From: an uncultured Actinomycetota bacterium
GTDB taxonomy: Bacteria > Actinomycetota > Actinomycetes > Actinomycetales > Dermatophilaceae
Reading direction: 5' to 3'
Assembly: GCA_963782695.1 (NCBI GenBank)
Contig: CAWAKY010000011.1
Location: forward strand, 6,668 to 70,667
DNA: 64,000 bases
The notes beneath the pieces were generated by a model that was given only the letters and a program-made list of their open reading frames with translations, ran no database searches and was not told the DNA's origin. The first letter of the stretch is position 1; every line of letters begins with the position of its first letter. Shown one piece after another: positions 60,162 through 64,000 of the stretch. The position numbers and the translations under genes are program-made.

Positions 60162-60279
60162 GGTGGTGTCCTGTCGTCGGATGGTGCCCCCCGGGGGCGA
60201 TCTCGCGGCACAACCTACCCCGCACCGAGCCCTTCGAGGGGGACACGTGCGGCCCCGGGCGGGGCCTCGCGGCGCGAGG

Positions 60280-61913
60280 TCAGAGGCCCAGCTCGGTGAC
60301 GGTGACCTCGCGCATCTCGACCTTGCGCACCTTGCCGGTGACCGTCATCGGGAACTCCTCGACGACGCGCACGTAGCGCGGGATCTTGTAGTGCGCGAGC
60401 CGGCCGTCGGCGTACGCGCGCAGCGACTCGGCGGTGAGCGGCTCGGCGCCGTCGCGCATCCGCACCCAGGCGCACAGCTCCTCGCCGTACTTCGTCGTCG
60501 GGCACCCCGATCACCTGGGCGTCGAGCACGTCGGGGTGGGTGTAGAGGAACTCCTCGATCTCGCGCGGGTAGATGTTCTCGCCGCCGCGGATGACCATGT
60601 CCTTGATCCGGCCGGTGATCTGCACGTAGCCGTCGGCGTCCATGACGGCGATGTCGCCGGTGTGCATCCAGCCGTCGACGAGCACCTCGGCGGTCTTCTC
60701 CGGCTGCTCCCAGTAGCCGAGCATCACCGAGTAGCCCTTGGTGCAGAACTCGCCCGCCTCGCCGCGCGGCAGCGTCTCGCGGCTCAGCGGGTCGACGACC
60801 TTGATCTCGAGGTGCGGGTGCACCGCGCCGACGGTTCCGACCTTGCGCTCGAAGGTGTCGTCGGTGCGGGTCTGGGTCGACACCGGCGAGGTCTCGGTCA
60901 TGCCGTAGCAGATGGTGATCTCCTCGATGCCGGCCTCGAAGAGCTTGGTCATCATCGACGCCGGGCACGGCGAGCCGGCCATGATGCCGGTGCGCACCGA
61001 GCTGAGGTCGTACGACGCGAGGTCGGGCAGCGCCCACTCGGCGATGAACATCGTGGGCACGCCGTAGAGCGAGGTGCACCGTTCCTCCGCCACGGCGGCG
61101 AGGGTCAGGGCCGGGTCGAAACCGGGTGCCGGGATGACCATGCAGGCGCCGTGGGTGGTGGCCGCGAGGTTGCCCATGACCATGCCGAAGCAGTGGTAGA
61201 AGGGCACCGGGATGCAGATCCGGTCCTGCTCGGTGTAGCGGCAGCCCTCACCGACGAGGTAGCCGTTGTTGAGGATGTTGTGGTGCGAGAGCGTCGCGCC
61301 CTTGGGGAAACCGGTGGTGCCGGAGGTGTACTGGATGTTGATCGGGTCGCCCGGCTCGAGCTCGGCCTGCAGCATGGTCAGCCGCTCGGGGCTCACCTCG
61401 TCGGCGCGGGCGAGGAGGTCGCCCCACGAGTCCTGGCCGATGACGACGACCTGCTCCAGCGCGGGGCACTCGTCGCGGGCGGCGTCGACCATCGCGACGT
61501 AGTTCGACGACTTGAACGACGGCGCGATGACGATCATCGCGGATGCCGGCCTGGTTGAGCACGTAGGTCAGCTCGTGCGAGCGGTAGGCCGGGTTGATGT
61601 TGACCAGGATCGCGCCGACCTTGGCCGTCGCGTACTGGGTGAACACCCACTCGGCGCAGTTCGGGGCCCAGATGCCCACCCGGTCGCCCTTGCCGATGCC
61701 GGCGCCCACCAGGCCGCGGGCGAGCCGGTCGACCTCGGCACCCAGCTCGGCGTACGTCATCCGCAGGCCGGTGGCGCGGTCGACGAGCGCGTCGCGGTCG
61801 GGCACCCGGGCCACCGTCGCGTCGAGGTTGTCGCCGATGGTCTGCTCGAGCAGGGCCGGCGTGTCCCTCCCGACCGTGTGCGACAGGGCGGGGTCGGGTG
61901 TCTCGGGTGCCAT
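60280..61913 (-). CDS. AMP-binding acyl-CoA synthetase
   Basis: YTSGTTGFPKG, YGMTE, WMHTGD, GRIKDMVIRGGENI and TGKV. Confidence 0.95.
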
Positions 61914-62030
61914 CGGCGTCCTTTCCGGCTGCGGTGCTGGATCCGCCCCAGCCAATACCCCGGCGGGGTCAGGGGCAAGCGCTCGGCGCGGAACCGGGTG
62001 CCCGGTCGCCCGGCCACCCGCCCGGTGCGC

Positions 62031-63479
62031 TCAGCCGGGCGTGGGGCGCGACAAGCGGTCGAGCACGCCGAGCAGGAGCGCCTCGCGCAGCGGCAGCGGG
62101 CAGGCGTCGAGCAGGGCGTTGACCGGGGCCATCCGGCTCGGCAGGGCGAGCGAGCCGTCGCTCGCCCGCGAGGCCGGCGGCGGCGAGCAGGCCGGCGAAG
62201 CCCTCGTCGTCGAGCGTGGCGGGGTCGATCGACGCCGAGCAGCCCGGCGAGCCCGGGGTCGACCGCGACCGGACCGGCGGCGCGCGCGGCATCCACCGAC
62301 TCGCCGCAGCGCCACGACGAGCTCGGGCACCGACGGGGCGGTCGCCGCCGACAGGGTGAGGTGCAGGGTCGGCGGCACGTCGCCGAACGACATCTGCGGC
62401 TGCACGAACCAGCCCGCGCTCGAGCATCTCGTCGGCGACGGTGAAGACGTCGCACGACGTCGTCGGCGACCAGGGCGACGAGGGTCGAGTCGGGCGGGGT
62501 GAGCACCCGCAGGCCGGGGATGCCGTCGACCGCGGTCGCGACGTCGAGCGTGGCCTCGCGGGCCTGGTCGGGCGAGGTCGGCGTAGCCCTCGACGCCGAT
62601 CCGCTGCGGTGACGGCCCAGGCCGCGGCGAGCGGCCCGCCGGAGCGGGTCGACTGCATCGTGCTGTTGAGCATCGTGTAGCCGGGCCAGTTCGCCGAGGC
62701 GAAGAAGTGGCCGCGGCGCAGCGCCGGGGTCGCGTGCGAGCAGCACCGAGACGCCCTTGGGCGTGTAGGCGTACTTGTGCAGGTCGACGCTGATGCTCGT
62801 GACGCCCTCGACCGCGAAGGTCCACGGCGGTGCGTCGTCGAGGTGCGGCAGCACCCAGCCGCCGATGCAGGCGTCGACGTGGCAGCGGATGCCGCGCTCG
62901 ACCGCCAGCGCCGCGATCTCGGTGACCGGGTCGACGACGCCGTGGGCGTACGACGGGGCGCGAGGCGACGACGAGCACGGTGGTGTCGTCGATCGCGGCG
63001 GCCATGGCGGCGGGGTCGGCGCGCAGGGTGTCGGGGTCGACGTCGACGAGCACGGCCCGCACCCCGAGGAACTCGGCCGCCTTGTGGAACGCCGCGTGCG
63101 CCGAGGTCGGGATGACCATGCTCGGGTCGGTGGTGTCGGGCGAGCCGTGCCGGGCGGCGAGCACCGCGAGCAGGATCGACTCGGTGCCGCCGGAGGTGAC
63201 CGACCCGGCGAACCCGTCCGGGGCGTCGAGCAGGCCGCCGGTGAGGGCGACGAGGTCGTTCTCCATCCGCAGCAGCGAGGGGAACGCGGTGGGGTCGAGC
63301 CCGTTCGACGAGGCGAACATCGCGAGCGCCTCGAGCCCCACGGCATCCGCGTCGGCCAGGCCCGAGTCGTAGACGTAGGCCAGCGTGCGGCCGCCGTGGG
63401 CGGGCAGGTCCATGGCCTGCAGCGCGCGCAGCGTGGCGAGCACCTCGTCGGTCGTGGCAGCGGTCGTCGGCGTGGTCAC
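62031..63479 (-). CDS. PLP-dependent group II decarboxylase family, sphingosine-1-phosphate lyase-like
   Basis: TSGGTESILLA, AHAAFHKA, PSYAHGVVDP, HVDACIGG and SVDLHKY. Confidence 0.88.
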   Translation of the reverse strand: MTTPTTAATTDEVLATLRALQAMDLPAHGGRTLAYVYDSGLADADAVGLEALAMFASSNGLDPTAFPSLLRMENDLVALTGGLLDAPDGFAGSVTSGGTESILLAVLAARHGSPDTTDPSMVIPTSAHAAFHKAAEFLGVRAVLVDVDPDTLRADPAAMAAAIDDTTVLVVASRPVVRPRRRRPGHRDRGAGGRARHPLPRRRLHRRLGAAAPRRRTAVDLRGRGRHEHQRRPAQVRLHAQGRLGAARTRPRRCAAATSSPRRTGPATRCSTARCSRPAPAGRSPRPGPSPQRIGVEGYADLARPGPRGHARRRDRGRRHPRPAGAHPARLDPRRPGRRRRRATSSPSPTRCSSAGWFVQPQMSFGDVPPTLHLTLSAATAPSVPELVVALRRVGGCRARRRSGRGRPRARRAARRRSTPPRSTTRASPACSPPPASRASDGSLALPSRMAPVNALLDACPLPLREALLLGVLDRLSRPTPG

Positions 63480-64000
63480 CGGGGCACCTCCTGGTCGAGC
63501 CGGTACCCGCGCAGCACCAGCAGGGAGACCGCGATGAGCGCGGCCGGGACGATCGTGAAGCCCAGCGCGATGGCGGTGTGCGCCGACGTCGGGCTGGGCG
63601 GCGGACGGCGTCGGTCGACGAGACGTAGCCGCCGAGGGCGAGCACCCCGGCGTACAGGAGCGGGCCGAGGGCGAGGCCGAGGGTCTCCCCGGCGGTCCAC
63701 ACCCCGGTGTAGGTGCCGGCGCGGCTCTCGCCGGTGCGGGCGGTGTCGGCGGCGGCGACGTCGGGCAGCATCGCGAGCGGGAACATCTGGCAGGCCGCGT
63801 AGCCGACGCCCACCACCGCGACGCTGGCGGCGGTGGCGGCGACACCGACCCGCACGGTGAGCAGGGTGGCCAGGGCCCCGCCGGCGAGGAGCAGCGAGCC
63901 CCAGAGGTAGCCGATCCGCTTGTCGTGCCGCTCGCCGACCCGCTGCCAGAGCGGGGTCACGAGCAGGGCCGGGGCGACGAAGCAGACGAACAGGATCGTC
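63476..64000 (-). CDS. MFS (GPH/MelB-like) transporter; 5' part lies outside the window
   Basis: FPLAMLPDV...RAGTYTGVWTAGETLGLALGP. Confidence 0.85.
   Translation of the reverse strand, partial: DDPVRLLRRPGPARDPALAAGRRAARQADRLPLGLAAPRRRGPGHPAHRAGRCRRHRRQRRGGGRRLRGLPDVPARDAARRRRRRHRPHRREPRRHLHRGVDRRGDPRPRPRPAPVRRGARPRRLRLVDRRRPPPSPTSAHTAIALGFTIVPAALIAVSLLVLRGYRLDQEVPR

Overview
Very GC-rich actinobacterial chromosome segment. Gene content suggests Micrococcales, possibly Intrasporangiaceae (inference). Most genes carry one or more single-base indels, including essential ones such as purM, kdpAB, pntAB and fgd. I read these as long-read consensus errors, so CDS coordinates span reconstructed, frameshifted genes and some ends are approximate. 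Contents in order: a sugar epimerase pair; a TerC/Alx gene under a yybP-ykoY Mn2+ riboswitch; a divergent locus in which a B12-type CarH/LitR photoreceptor-repressor faces an operon of FAD oxidoreductase, DUF1365, cfa/ufaA-like methyltransferase, SRPBCC, SDR, CAAX protease and photolyase; guaB1; tRNA-Glu/Asp/Phe; an accessory block with a MalT-like LuxR regulator; ligB; a GntA/YqcI-DUF1989 pair; kdpFABCDE; folP/fgd/vdh/DUF3073/purM; PadR-HAAS; pntAB; a long acidic membrane-anchored protein; and a lipid-catabolic cluster. No integrase, transposase, CRISPR array or rRNA was seen. The most notable non-gene signals are a highly iterated GGATGCC(G)/(C)GGCATCC motif written into genes through rare codons, two families of intergenic palindromic repeats, a phased CarH-type operator between mirror-image leaderless promoters, and a diverged duplicate C-terminal module behind the HAAS gene.
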